Virus record (IMG/VR): IMGVR_UViG_3300024343_000007
Coordinates: 1 to 64,000 of that record
Source of the DNA: a virus
Taxonomy: Duplodnaviria; Heunggongvirae; Uroviricota; Caudoviricetes
DNA: 64,000 nucleotides
Strand: one strand, 5' to 3'
The position numbers and the translations under genes are program-made. Positions 1-9,228 of this stretch are shown piece after piece. Below the pieces are notes generated by a model, which was not told where the DNA came from, did no database searches, and saw nothing but the letters and a program-made list of their open reading frames with translations. Position 1 is the first letter of the stretch, and each line of letters begins with the position of its first letter.

Positions 1-332
1 CTTTAGCCATAATGGTAAATTTGGTGAATCCTACTTCTGTAGCTCTTGCTAACATATTGAAACCCATAATGTAATTAGAGTCTTCAATAATAATGTTCTT
101 AATGTGTGGTGCCTTGTCAGAGATAGTCTTTAATAGACGTGTAATCTCGTTAGCATCATCCACTTCTTTGTAGTTTTTAGCCTCAGCGTTATACAACTTC
201 TCTGCTCCTTTAAAAGGTAATTCCTTTTTAGCAACATTGATGATGTAAGTTTCTTTTGGATCTAAATGTTTTACTGATGTTGACTTGCCAGTGCCTGTAG
301 CACCAACAATTCCAATTAATTTGCTTGCCATG
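1..332 (-). CDS. P-loop NTPase, N-terminal part only (gene continues beyond the window start); kinase-like N-terminal Walker A
   Basis: Reverse translation from ATG at 330-332 gives MASKLIGIVGATGTGKSTSVKHL... with Walker A GATGTGKST at residues 10-18 and a hydrophobic-ED stretch (IIIEDSNY). The open frame runs off the window edge. A P-loop this close to the N-terminus is typical of nucleotide/polynucleotide-kinase-like folds rather than AAA+. Confidence 0.6.
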
Positions 333-336
333 TTTT

Positions 337-552
337 TTACTGTTTTTGTTCTGATAAAGGTACTTCAATTTCTTCAGATTGCAAAATAATTTCTCTAGTT
401 TTTGTTGCATCTGGGTTGTTAACTATATCATTATAAATGGCCTCTGCAACCTCTTTATCTCTAGTCCATCTTATTGATGTACCATTGACTCTTACACCAT
501 ACCATGCTTGATCACTAAATGGCTCCATTTGTTCAACTAGTTCTACTTTCAT
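337..552 (-). CDS. hypothetical protein (71 aa)
   Basis: ORF packed between the NTPase and helicase genes with a 4-nt overlap to the helicase stop. No recognisable motif. Confidence 0.45.
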   Translation of the reverse strand: MKVELVEQMEPFSDQAWYGVRVNGTSIRWTRDKEVAEAIYNDIVNNPDATKTREIILQSEEIEVPLSEQKQ

Positions 553-1643
553 ATGTATTTAATTTTGTCTTTATCAAAGAATTCTAGTGCTTTTCTAAGC
601 CACTTTCTTTCCACGTCTTCAACAGAAGATATGATGTATATATAGGCTTTCTTTTCTGGATTGTTATACTCCATGGCCATACATCTATTAATCTTTTGTG
701 CTAGATTCTCACCATTACTATCAAAGTAATTAATGATAACCCTATTGAGTGGTTTATATGTAACACCTGTATTACCTATCTTTACAACAGCCAGGTGGTT
801 ACCAACACCAGATGCAAAGTCATCAAATACTTGTTTGTCTCCTGCTTTGCTATGATAGACAGGAATGCCTAAGTCATCTGCTACCTTTGTGACACCACAG
901 AATACTAGTACACGCTCATCTTTGTGCTTAACTAATAGTTCTTTTGTCTTATTAAGCTTAGCAAGACTGTTCTGAATGAGTCTCATTCTAGCTAGACGTA
1001 AAAACATGGTTGCTTTACCTTGCTTCTCTAGCTGATCTATAACCCATCCATATGCAGCAAACTGAGTCTTTTCAGTCTTCCACTTACCTTTGTAGTCATT
1101 CTGCTTTGTGTTATCTAATGGTACTCCTACCACTGTGATTTCATAGTCAGATATGACTCCCTCCTTAATTGCTTGTTCTATGGAATAGGTGGCTAAGACT
1201 GGTAGTCCAAGCTCTGTTCCTAATGTTTGTTCTGTATGTGATGATAAGGTCCCTGTTAGACCTAACACCTTTGTGCATTGTAGCTCCTTTACAGCCTCCA
1301 TTTGTGCTTCAGACAGTAAATGTACCTCATCTAGGATTACTATGTCATAAAAGGCAGCTGTGTGCTTTTTTAGAGACAAATGCGTGGTATAAGTCATATT
1401 GCCATTCTTATACTTTCTAGCTACAAAGTGCTCTTCCCATGCATTCTTAATCTTAAGATCAGGATATGCTATGAGAATGTTAATGTCTTTGTCTAGTTTT
1501 TCTAATATATTAATGGACACATTGATCTTACCAAACCTAGGACATAGGTTTAGGATACCAAACTTACCATTGTTCAGCCATACATCAGCAAACTCTACTT
1601 GTCTCTTATCTCGTAGCGTAAGGGTGGGCTTGCTTTTTGCCAT
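549..1643 (-). CDS. Superfamily-2 DEAH-box helicase (364 aa)
   Basis: Motif I-like LCPRFGK, motif II ILDEVH, motif III LTGT(L)S, motif VI-like QKINRCMAM. Size and motif order fit a compact SF2 helicase of a phage replication module. Confidence 0.7.
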   Translation of the reverse strand: MAKSKPTLTLRDKRQVEFADVWLNNGKFGILNLCPRFGKINVSINILEKLDKDINILIAYPDLKIKNAWEEHFVARKYKNGNMTYTTHLSLKKHTAAFYDIVILDEVHLLSEAQMEAVKELQCTKVLGLTGTLSSHTEQTLGTELGLPVLATYSIEQAIKEGVISDYEITVVGVPLDNTKQNDYKGKWKTEKTQFAAYGWVIDQLEKQGKATMFLRLARMRLIQNSLAKLNKTKELLVKHKDERVLVFCGVTKVADDLGIPVYHSKAGDKQVFDDFASGVGNHLAVVKIGNTGVTYKPLNRVIINYFDSNGENLAQKINRCMAMEYNNPEKKAYIYIISSVEDVERKWLRKALEFFDKDKIKYI

Positions 1644-1818
1644 AGCTTATTATTGTTGTTAATGACCAAAATAGATACTCTACATTTAGAGCTACATATG
1701 GATCATGTTTCTGTATGTTATTCATAACAGATACTGTTGGAAATAATACTACTTGCCACCAATGACTTTTTTCATTGGGTAATGTATTATATGTTTTAAA
1801 ATTTAACTTCATTATCAT
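1606..1818 (-). CDS. hypothetical small protein (70 aa)
   Basis: ORF whose start overlaps the upstream gene stop by 4 nt (ATGA). Its 3' end overlaps the helicase start by 38 nt, so the true extent is uncertain. Confidence 0.3.
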   Translation of the reverse strand: MIMKLNFKTYNTLPNEKSHWWQVVLFPTVSVMNNIQKHDPYVALNVEYLFWSLTTIISYGKKQAHPYATR

Positions 1819-2876
1819 TTATTTAAAAAGAATGTTTTACTAATAATATCATTATATATACTCTCATTCATATACTTAACCTTTGGTAGTTCTTTGAACA
1901 TACCAATCTGGCCAAGAAAACTTAACCCTATTCTCACATCATCTTCCCCATAACTATTCTTTATTAGTCTCAATGATCTGAAATACTTTGCACCAAACTC
2001 ATCTCTAAGTCTGTTCAGGTCATATCCTGAAGGGTCTGCTACTTTATATCGCATGGGATCAAACAATGCTAGGACAACATCAGCATCATTCTGTGTTTGT
2101 GAACTCTCAGCAAAGTCTTCTAGCTGTGGTTCTACATCACCATTCTTTAGTCTCATTGGACTAGAAATGTCCCTATTAAACTGACTAACAATTACAGGAC
2201 TATATCCATACATGTCACGAGCATATCTCAGCTCATCAGACATCTTGTCTATACACTGTTTCTTAGTAGAATAATCTTTTGTTGGTTTTAAAAGACCTAT
2301 GTGGTCAATAACAACAATAGTGATTTCATTCTCATTATTAGGAATGTACTTCTTATTGTATTGATCTACATCTTCTATTACACCATTAGCTAATGCATGA
2401 TCTTTAAGATGTTTAGATATACCCACTGGGTTCTCTGGTCCATCAATAATAGTGATTACATCTTTCATTTGTTCCATATAATCCTCATACATCAGAAACA
2501 AATCATGCTCATCAGGTGTCATCTTATCTGTCCAACCTAATAGCTTGGATACAGGAATGATTATACCTTGGTCAAGGAATATCTTTCTTGAGACCCATTT
2601 AGCATATTTGTATGTTCTGCTACGTTCCATAGATCTGTATATGATCTTTAACTTAAGACCTGGAGTCTTCTGACTGATAAACCAATCAAATGGATTTAAA
2701 ACATATGCGTCATCTAAGAAGCTTGTTTTACCTGATCCAGTGAGGCCACCTATCAGTGTGTACATGCCTTTTCTGATGCCAATATATCTGTTCAATCTGT
2801 CAAAGCCCATAGGTATACCATTGTTTCTACCATCTAGGCCTGCTTGAACTTCTCGTTTTAAATCTTCAAAACTCAT
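1815..2876 (-). CDS. DnaB-like replicative helicase, RecA-fold C-terminal domain (353 aa)
   Basis: Walker A GGLTGSGKTSF and Walker B VVIDHIGLL. DnaB/gp4-type C-terminal helicase domain layout. Start overlaps the upstream gene by 4 nt. Confidence 0.7.
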   Translation of the reverse strand: MSFEDLKREVQAGLDGRNNGIPMGFDRLNRYIGIRKGMYTLIGGLTGSGKTSFLDDAYVLNPFDWFISQKTPGLKLKIIYRSMERSRTYKYAKWVSRKIFLDQGIIIPVSKLLGWTDKMTPDEHDLFLMYEDYMEQMKDVITIIDGPENPVGISKHLKDHALANGVIEDVDQYNKKYIPNNENEITIVVIDHIGLLKPTKDYSTKKQCIDKMSDELRYARDMYGYSPVIVSQFNRDISSPMRLKNGDVEPQLEDFAESSQTQNDADVVLALFDPMRYKVADPSGYDLNRLRDEFGAKYFRSLRLIKNSYGEDDVRIGLSFLGQIGMFKELPKVKYMNESIYNDIISKTFFLNK

Positions 2877-3499
2877 ATGTCCATGCCTTTAATTGGTTCA
2901 GCAGATTCTATTACAGTCTTACCATCTCTTATCAACTCAATGAATGGTTCAAATGACCTCTGGTTGAGATAGGTGAGACTGTTCTGCATAAATGTAAGTC
3001 TATTGACTTTTGTCTTAATTGAATTCTCTTTCTTCTGCAGTATTTCGTATTCTAATGCTGCTATGAGCTCTGTAGGTTTGTACTCGCCTTCTCCAACAAT
3101 GCTGTCGAATTTGATTTTACACTCATCTTTCTTTACACGCATGCCACGTGTACCTGTAAATGATTGACTCTTATATGTGAAGGTGTCAGTACCTGGGTAC
3201 ATCATCCACCACTTATCAAAGTCAGAATCTGTTTTCTTCTTCTTAGCTATCTTAGGTTGCTCTATCTTCTCATTAAGAAAAGACAAAACTTCATTACCTA
3301 TGATAGTAATCTTATTTGACTCTGACAATAGACCTTTTCTGCGTACAGTTTGATGTAACATTTTCATCTTACTATCATCTGTACACATTTCATCTACATC
3401 ATTGCCTTCTTGAACAAGTGTTATGAAGCATAACATGTCTAAGCTGTAGCCAGCTTTAGTCAGCTCCTTAAAATGGGAGAACGTTAGCGTGAGGTTCAT
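2873..3499 (-). CDS. hypothetical protein (208 aa)
   Basis: Long ORF in the operon, 4-nt overlap with the helicase gene. No motif recognised. Confidence 0.6.
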   Translation of the reverse strand: MNLTLTFSHFKELTKAGYSLDMLCFITLVQEGNDVDEMCTDDSKMKMLHQTVRRKGLLSESNKITIIGNEVLSFLNEKIEQPKIAKKKKTDSDFDKWWMMYPGTDTFTYKSQSFTGTRGMRVKKDECKIKFDSIVGEGEYKPTELIAALEYEILQKKENSIKTKVNRLTFMQNSLTYLNQRSFEPFIELIRDGKTVIESAEPIKGMDI

Positions 3500-3668
3500 T
3501 ATGTTTCTCTAGGATTTTATCTGTGTCTATTACTTCAATACGAGCAGGTTGTTTCTGATTTAATTCTTTCTGAATTGCTTCGTTCCACTCCTGTCCTTCT
3601 TCATGCAAATATATGAAATCCTTGAGATATTCTCTCTCCCAATCTTCAATTATTTTTAGGTTCTTCAT
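3468..3668 (-). CDS. hypothetical small protein (66 aa)
   Basis: ORF filling the gap in the leftward operon. 32-nt overlap with the downstream gene. Confidence 0.3.
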   Translation of the reverse strand: MKNLKIIEDWEREYLKDFIYLHEEGQEWNEAIQKELNQKQPARIEVIDTDKILEKHNEPHANVLPF

Positions 3669-3906
3669 CTTTATATCCTTTATTATTCCAAAAATAAGAA
3701 CAACTTAATGTTGCAACACCAAGACCAACATGGTGATTGTCAAACATGAAATCTAATTTATATGGAGGGTCACTAAAAAATGATTGTCCTAGTTCTTCAG
3801 CCTTAGCTGTATATCTGTGGCAGTTCAGTCTTAGTAGACAACTACCACCTTTGCACATTGAAATATCTGGCATATTTTTAATTTTAATTGTTATTCTGCA
3901 GCCCAA
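3646..3906 (-). CDS. hypothetical Cys-containing small protein (86 aa)
   Basis: ORF filling an otherwise empty gap. Several Cys/His residues (CKGGSC...CHRY). Short overlaps with both neighbours. Confidence 0.3.
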   Translation of the reverse strand: MGCRITIKIKNMPDISMCKGGSCLLRLNCHRYTAKAEELGQSFFSDPPYKLDFMFDNHHVGLGVATLSCSYFWNNKGYKDEEPKNN

Positions 3907-4442
3907 CCAAAGAGTATGTATTTACCTGCTCTCTCTGTTGTAGACTTCTTATATGTTATCTTAGCTACTGTAGGATCAGATTTGATTAACACCTTACGCA
4001 TTACAATCCTCGTAGTTTTTTGATGCTTCTCTGTATATGCTCTAGCCATCTTAACAGCATCACCTTTGGTCATACATGAAGCTATCACCCCATCTTCAAA
4101 ATAGTTTTCCACTTCATATTTAAGAATCCATTGCTTTGTACCAGGTGTAACTACATGCTCCACTTGAGACTTAGTCTTGTTCTTATTAACAATTGGATCT
4201 AATATACATATGCCAGCACAGTCTCTTTTATGTAACTTATCTTGTTGCATCTTTACATACTCATCAAAGCTTTTCTTACTTCTTCTAAATTGATCTGTAA
4301 GGTCATCAATTGTATGTGTTGTACTAATTGTACCATTATATGAATCATTTCCTGATTCTACTTCTGCCTCTGCAACAGCATTAGTATATGCATCTGATAA
4401 TGTTTTACCATATGCTGTCATTTCAAACCAACTTGCTCCCAT
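3891..4442 (-). CDS. hypothetical protein (183 aa)
   Basis: Well-sized ORF in the operon. No motif recognised. Confidence 0.6.
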   Translation of the reverse strand: MGASWFEMTAYGKTLSDAYTNAVAEAEVESGNDSYNGTISTTHTIDDLTDQFRRSKKSFDEYVKMQQDKLHKRDCAGICILDPIVNKNKTKSQVEHVVTPGTKQWILKYEVENYFEDGVIASCMTKGDAVKMARAYTEKHQKTTRIVMRKVLIKSDPTVAKITYKKSTTERAGKYILFGWAAE

Positions 4443-4454
4443 AATTGTGTTTTT

Positions 4455-4856
4455 TTATTTTACTTCAATATGATTCCTACCATCATTCCAATATGTTATG
4501 TCACCATACCATACAAAGAGTTCTTCGTCAGGTTGGATGAGTCTTGTAGCAACAAACTCAAACGTGTTGCGTTCTATGTTGGATCTCCAAGCAGCGTTGG
4601 CTGTGTCTGAATGATTATAAAATGAACCAAACCCACCAGCTACCACTTGTTTCTCCCATTGTCTACCAGAATCTTGTGGCCAATTAAATCTGTAGTCTAT
4701 TACACAAGGAGATATTTCTCCATTTTGCATACCTATATCAAAAAAGGGACACTCTTCTATAATGTCCCCTTCAAATATTATCTTGTCTGCAAATACTCCC
4801 CAGCCATGTATACTGCTTGGAGCCATATAGACTTTTGTTGATGGATATATACGCAT
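4455..4856 (-). CDS. SET-domain protein, minimal viral-type (putative protein lysine methyltransferase, 133 aa)
   Basis: HGWGVFA (GxG SAM-binding motif), YNHSDTANA (NHSxxPN-like pseudoknot motif) and EELFVWYGDITYW (ELxxxYG...W post-SET-like tail). This is the same motif order and spacing as the roughly 120-aa Chlorella-virus vSET-type minimal SET domains. Confidence 0.7.
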   Translation of the reverse strand: MRIYPSTKVYMAPSSIHGWGVFADKIIFEGDIIEECPFFDIGMQNGEISPCVIDYRFNWPQDSGRQWEKQVVAGGFGSFYNHSDTANAAWRSNIERNTFEFVATRLIQPDEELFVWYGDITYWNDGRNHIEVK

Positions 4857-4857
4857 A

Positions 4858-5112
4858 TTAATCTTTTATACGTAGGCCAAACTCTAAATCAAACCATTGA
4901 AAGTTTGCTTCAGCTCTTGCTTTGTTTATTTTAAATACCTTTTTCATTAATGGTACAGCATATGCTTTGAACTCATTATGTTGTTCTTGAGTCATAGTCC
5001 ATTTGCTGTACCACTCTTTTGTCATATATGCTTCTTGCATAGACTTACCAACCATTTCTAGTTGATAACTAACAAGATGGTCGCCTATGTTTTCTCTATT
5101 TATCTTTGCCAT
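4858..5112 (-). CDS. hypothetical protein (84 aa)
   Basis: ORF directly abutting the SET gene (1-nt spacer) and overlapping the upstream stop. Confidence 0.5.
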   Translation of the reverse strand: MAKINRENIGDHLVSYQLEMVGKSMQEAYMTKEWYSKWTMTQEQHNEFKAYAVPLMKKVFKINKARAEANFQWFDLEFGLRIKD

Positions 5113-5300
5113 TAGAATGTGTCTATAAGTTTAACTATTTCATCGTAGTCATACGTATCTCCTTCTTGTTGTGCTTTCATTAATAGCTTTGCAACTACTT
5201 TACCACATTTCTTAGCTACATCTATACCTGTATATGGATCTTGTCCTACAATTGGTAGGAATTCCAATACTAATTCTGCTGCTTTATGTTTGTTGTCCAT
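5112..5300 (-). CDS. hypothetical small protein (62 aa)
   Basis: ORF with start/stop overlaps on both sides (ATGA-type coupling), between the polymerase and the 84-aa gene. Confidence 0.4.
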   Translation of the reverse strand: MDNKHKAAELVLEFLPIVGQDPYTGIDVAKKCGKVVAKLLMKAQQEGDTYDYDEIVKLIDTF

Positions 5301-7252
5301 TAGAATAATGTCATTTGATTAGGATTAATAATAATTTTACGCTTTCTACCTTCATACTGTATTTTGTGCATGATTCTCTCAGCACGCTCTATATAATATG
5401 CATGATTGATGTTATCTAGAGGATGATCTGGTAATAGATGATTACATACTTTCATCACCCATTCGCCTGCTTCAACTTGTGATACATCAACAGCTGTGCT
5501 ATCTGAATTCTCATTCTTAACCTTCAATAACTTCTCACCTGTATTACTTACATAATATCTGATAAGTTTATTGTAGACTGTTCTGTTTTCTTTCGAGTGT
5601 CCTTCGTAGTGAAAGTCTTTACTAGCTTTCTGTCTGAGACAATAGTCATAAATATTTGTGTGATTATGAATAGTGGTAGCCACAGGCACATCATTAACAA
5701 AAAACTGCTCCAGTGCAATAGGTACAATCCTAGCACTCTTATTTTTGTGCAGCTCAAAGTCAGTAAGGAAATCTCCTTTCTTTTTAATTTCTCCATTGGT
5801 TTTAATTGCTAAATAGTCATTAACTGTTGAGAATATAATCTTTTGATAATCAGTGCGTTCAAGCTCATATTTAGTAGCTTCCATCCACCAACTATTAATC
5901 TCATGCATCTTATCTATTAATGATTTATTAACCATAATAGTTACACCATCTGTATTTGCAGATATAACATGTATATCAGCTAATTCATATGCTTCGATGA
6001 GCATAAGAAGACTCAATTCACCTGTAATAGTTGTGAACATCGTTAGTTGTCTATCATAGATCCAAGACAACATATCACTAGACTTACCATACACAGAGTT
6101 AACTGCAAGCTTTAATGCACCAACAATACCTGCTATCTTCTTATCCTTCTTAGCTAATGGCTTTAGTTCAAGTCTTTTCTCAAACATAGCCCTATATCCT
6201 AAAAGAAACTCTTTACCCAAATGACCAGGATATCTGCCATTATTAATAATAATAGCTGGATAGTAAGAGCTAACATCCCAATCAACAATAATGTTGTCAT
6301 TATCAGCTTCAAATACCTTTGGTTTGTTTTCTGTATGTAAGCCACCTTTGGCAAACGTGTATATATTTTCATAAAACATTAATGATTCTTTGAACTCATC
6401 TTTCATTGTCAAACGCTCCTTACTAACCTTCTTTAAGAATGCTTGTAGCTCTGGTGTCTGGAATGATATGTAATCAGCAATACAATCTCTCACCTTAACT
6501 TCAGTTCTAAACAATCCTTTCTTTGGTAGATCAGAATACTGTATACCTTTCTCTTGGCAATAGTATTTCTTAATCATCTCATCACCAATCTTACTATCTG
6601 AATAGTTTAAGCATGGAATGCCAAACTCTTCGTATATGTCTTGTCTTAGTTCTATCTGATTATTATCCTTATATAGTGGATGTTCAGTGTTACCTGTTGT
6701 TACCTTGTAGAATTCATACGTAGCCATAACATCATTACGACAGTAGTCTATTGTTAGAGCTATCTCGTCTTGTGTCATGTTCTCTTTAGTATGATGGATA
6801 GGCATCTCTTCAATGTTCTCCAGATCCATCTCAAACTCTAACCTTTTTAGTGAGACCATTCTATTCTTGTTATCATAATGATTAATCTTGAATAGGTCTA
6901 ACTGTTTTAGTGATAACCATTCCTCTCTATATTCAGGGAATACATCATAATTAGCATCATGTATTGTGTCTGCAGCCTTCTGTGCTATCATAGCACATAT
7001 CTCTAGTCCACCCAACTCATGCCAATTCTCATAGTTCCTAATTATATGCTCAACAACCTGACTATCAAAGCGTAAGTTGTTGTAGCCCACCCAATAATGC
7101 TCATCATGTTGTTCAGTGAATCTAATGAATCCATCTAATTGATTGGTCCACCTACTCACCTGAAACTCGTATGTTACATCACTCTCTGGATTGTATATAA
7201 CAATAAGAAACAGTTCTTTCAGTGTTTCAATATCATAGATGAGTACGTTCAT
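5300..7252 (-). CDS. Family-B DNA polymerase with 3'-5' proofreading exonuclease (650 aa, compact, phi29/piPolB-like motif pattern)
   Basis: Exo I YDIET, Exo II GYNNLRFD, Exo III YCRNDV. Pol motif A DVSSYYPAII (DxxSLYPS), motif B KLAVNSVYGKS (KxxxNSxYG), motif C ISANTDGV (DTD variant). Short length and the NLxFD / YxxND exo motifs resemble compact phi29-type and piPolB-type enzymes. Confidence 0.85.
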   Translation of the reverse strand: MNVLIYDIETLKELFLIVIYNPESDVTYEFQVSRWTNQLDGFIRFTEQHDEHYWVGYNNLRFDSQVVEHIIRNYENWHELGGLEICAMIAQKAADTIHDANYDVFPEYREEWLSLKQLDLFKINHYDNKNRMVSLKRLEFEMDLENIEEMPIHHTKENMTQDEIALTIDYCRNDVMATYEFYKVTTGNTEHPLYKDNNQIELRQDIYEEFGIPCLNYSDSKIGDEMIKKYYCQEKGIQYSDLPKKGLFRTEVKVRDCIADYISFQTPELQAFLKKVSKERLTMKDEFKESLMFYENIYTFAKGGLHTENKPKVFEADNDNIIVDWDVSSYYPAIIINNGRYPGHLGKEFLLGYRAMFEKRLELKPLAKKDKKIAGIVGALKLAVNSVYGKSSDMLSWIYDRQLTMFTTITGELSLLMLIEAYELADIHVISANTDGVTIMVNKSLIDKMHEINSWWMEATKYELERTDYQKIIFSTVNDYLAIKTNGEIKKKGDFLTDFELHKNKSARIVPIALEQFFVNDVPVATTIHNHTNIYDYCLRQKASKDFHYEGHSKENRTVYNKLIRYYVSNTGEKLLKVKNENSDSTAVDVSQVEAGEWVMKVCNHLLPDHPLDNINHAYYIERAERIMHKIQYEGRKRKIIINPNQMTLF

Positions 7253-7375
7253 ATAGTTCTATTAATTGTTCAACTTTTAAATACACAGTGGGAAATTGTG
7301 CTGGTTTGTACCATTTATCATCTTTATACCTAACATAATTGTTTTCTGTTATCCATTCTAATAAACTTAACATAA

Positions 7376-7609
7376 TTAAAATGTTATTTGTGGTGTAACA
7401 AAACTAAATTTTATAGGCTCACCTAATTCATAAATTTTAATCTTATCCTTAGCATCTAAATATGTATCAGGATTTTCATTGAAATCATCAATTATGTCTT
7501 TTTTTGTACCTACTACCCATGCTTCTGTATTTTCATACATTACAACATATTGTTTTTGTTTAGCTTTTGATAGTTCTTTAACTAAGTGAGCTGGTGTTTT
7601 CTTTCTCAT
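7376..7609 (-). CDS. hypothetical protein (77 aa)
   Basis: Small ORF in the densely packed minus-strand early region. Confidence 0.45.
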   Translation of the reverse strand: MRKKTPAHLVKELSKAKQKQYVVMYENTEAWVVGTKKDIIDDFNENPDTYLDAKDKIKIYELGEPIKFSFVTPQITF

Positions 7610-7612
7610 AGG

Positions 7613-7846
7613 TTATTTGTTTTGGTTATAGGTTTGGTTGTAGTAGTTTTCCCCCTTGGTAATAACTTCATCACTACCTGTAAAAGTTATATCGCCAAAT
7701 ATCTTTTGATTGGCAGCATCTATTATCTGCTCTTTTTCTTTTTCAAGTAATGATTCAAATTTGTTTAATAATTGAATATGAAATGTTGTTTTAACAAAAT
7801 GTTCTTGATTATACCATTCAATCAATTCTTGCATTGCAGTTTTCAT
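7613..7846 (-). CDS. hypothetical protein (77 aa)
   Basis: Small ORF, 3-nt spacer to the downstream gene and 4-nt overlap with the upstream one. Confidence 0.45.
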   Translation of the reverse strand: MKTAMQELIEWYNQEHFVKTTFHIQLLNKFESLLEKEKEQIIDAANQKIFGDITFTGSDEVITKGENYYNQTYNQNK

Positions 7847-8058
7847 AATATTGGTTTGTTTTTATCTTTATGCATACCATACTTCTTCAACCTAAATTCT
7901 AATGCAGACTGTTTACCATTAAGTTTGTCTCTTGTTTTATCAGTAAGGTTTAACTTACTAGTTTCTATTTCAAAATCAAACTTATCATCATATGATAATG
8001 TAGCTCTTTGTTTTTTAATAGCTATCATTATGTCTATTTCTGATATATATGTTTCCAT
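7843..8058 (-). CDS. hypothetical protein (71 aa)
   Basis: Small ORF, 4-nt overlap with its neighbour. Confidence 0.4.
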   Translation of the reverse strand: METYISEIDIMIAIKKQRATLSYDDKFDFEIETSKLNLTDKTRDKLNGKQSALEFRLKKYGMHKDKNKPIL

Positions 8059-8210
8059 TATTTATATGTTTTAATGTATGCTTTGATGCACCACTTAATC
8101 ATGTCCCAGAGATAATACCTCTGTTTTGATTTAGGAAGATTGTGTAAGCTCTCATAATAACTAAAATATTCATTCATAATGTGTAGGTTAATTTATTTTT
8201 AATGCTGCAG

Positions 8211-8513
8211 CTATTTCTTTGTAGTTTTTCTAGTCTTTACAAATGGTGCATCACTCTTAACACCATTCATTTGCTTAGGATTAGGTTTCTTTTTAGAACT
8301 ATCTTTCTCTTTTTCATTAAGAATTGTAATCATTGCAGCACTCAATACCTTAAATAATTGTTTATCTTTCTCTAATGCACTTGCAAATGCAGCACCAATT
8401 GCTAAACCATTCTCTGTGTTATCATGATAAACTATATCTACAATGTTACCCTCTATACTCATAAAGAAATAACCACTTAAATCTTTCACCTTTGGAACTT
8501 TAATCTTTGCCAT
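8211..8513 (-). CDS. hypothetical protein (100 aa), Lys-rich C-terminus
   Basis: ORF in the early region. Basic C-terminal tail (KKKPNPKQ...TRKTTKK) suggests nucleic-acid binding (inference). Confidence 0.45.
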   Translation of the reverse strand: MAKIKVPKVKDLSGYFFMSIEGNIVDIVYHDNTENGLAIGAAFASALEKDKQLFKVLSAAMITILNEKEKDSSKKKPNPKQMNGVKSDAPFVKTRKTTKK

Positions 8514-8669
8514 GTTGTTTTGTATTTAAATACCATCAGTCTTTGTGACTGATGGTATCGTTAGGTTTAATTGAATCATCCTTGTCTTGTTTTGTATCAT
8601 CAGGTGGTGCGTTCATCCATTCTGCAATGATCCATATCCACACTAGTAATACAAAGGTAATAAAATATA

Positions 8670-8918
8670 TCATTTGTCAAAGTTTTTTACCCTGATGAGT
8701 AGCTGATATGTATCAGAGCTGATGTACATATATTTGCGTCCCTTAATATGTAAACGTTTAGATGGTGTAAAATGTGCTTTGGTAGCAAATATAACATCTA
8801 TTAGTTTAGAGCACGCTTTAAGTCCCCTAACATAAGGAGAATCTTGTTGGTTTGGTTCGTAAACCTGGATTGTATGTGTGCAATGTGGTTTTGCACTGTA
8901 GACTAGGCTGTAAGACAT
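8670..8918 (-). CDS. hypothetical protein (82 aa)
   Basis: ORF in the early region. No motif. Confidence 0.4.
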   Translation of the reverse strand: MSYSLVYSAKPHCTHTIQVYEPNQQDSPYVRGLKACSKLIDVIFATKAHFTPSKRLHIKGRKYMYISSDTYQLLIRVKNFDK

Positions 8919-8936
8919 GATGTGTTAGTTTATTAG

Positions 8937-9224
8937 TTAGAAATAGAATGTCATACCTTGATCAGAAATCTCTATCTTGGTTGGTCTACTACTAATAGTG
9001 TGTTTCTTACCTTCCACTACTGTTTTAGTACGTACAGTGTTGGTGATAACAGGCTCCACTTTTGTATGCCTACGCATAATTAATAGTTTAGCATACACCC
9101 CACCATATGTTCTGTTGAACTGTTTAGCTAGTCTTTTAGCTAATCTAGTTGTTGAAATAGGCTTTTTAGCCATTTCTTGCATTGTTGATAACTCTGCTTG
9201 AGAGTACATTTTCATGTTTTTCAT
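8937..9224 (-). CDS. hypothetical basic protein (95 aa)
   Basis: ORF. Arg/Lys-rich (RLAKRLAKQFNRTYGG), possibly DNA-binding. Confidence 0.45.
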   Translation of the reverse strand: MKNMKMYSQAELSTMQEMAKKPISTTRLAKRLAKQFNRTYGGVYAKLLIMRRHTKVEPVITNTVRTKTVVEGKKHTISSRPTKIEISDQGMTFYF

Positions 9225-9228
9225 GTGC

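Noticed and set aside
228-410. Minus-strand 60-aa ORF
   Set aside because: It lies in an alternative frame inside the P-loop NTPase gene and the 71-aa gene. There is no independent support.
1169-1662. Plus-strand ORFs 1169-1420 and 1399-1662
   Set aside because: They are antisense to the well-supported SF2 helicase gene and have hydrophobic junk-like composition.
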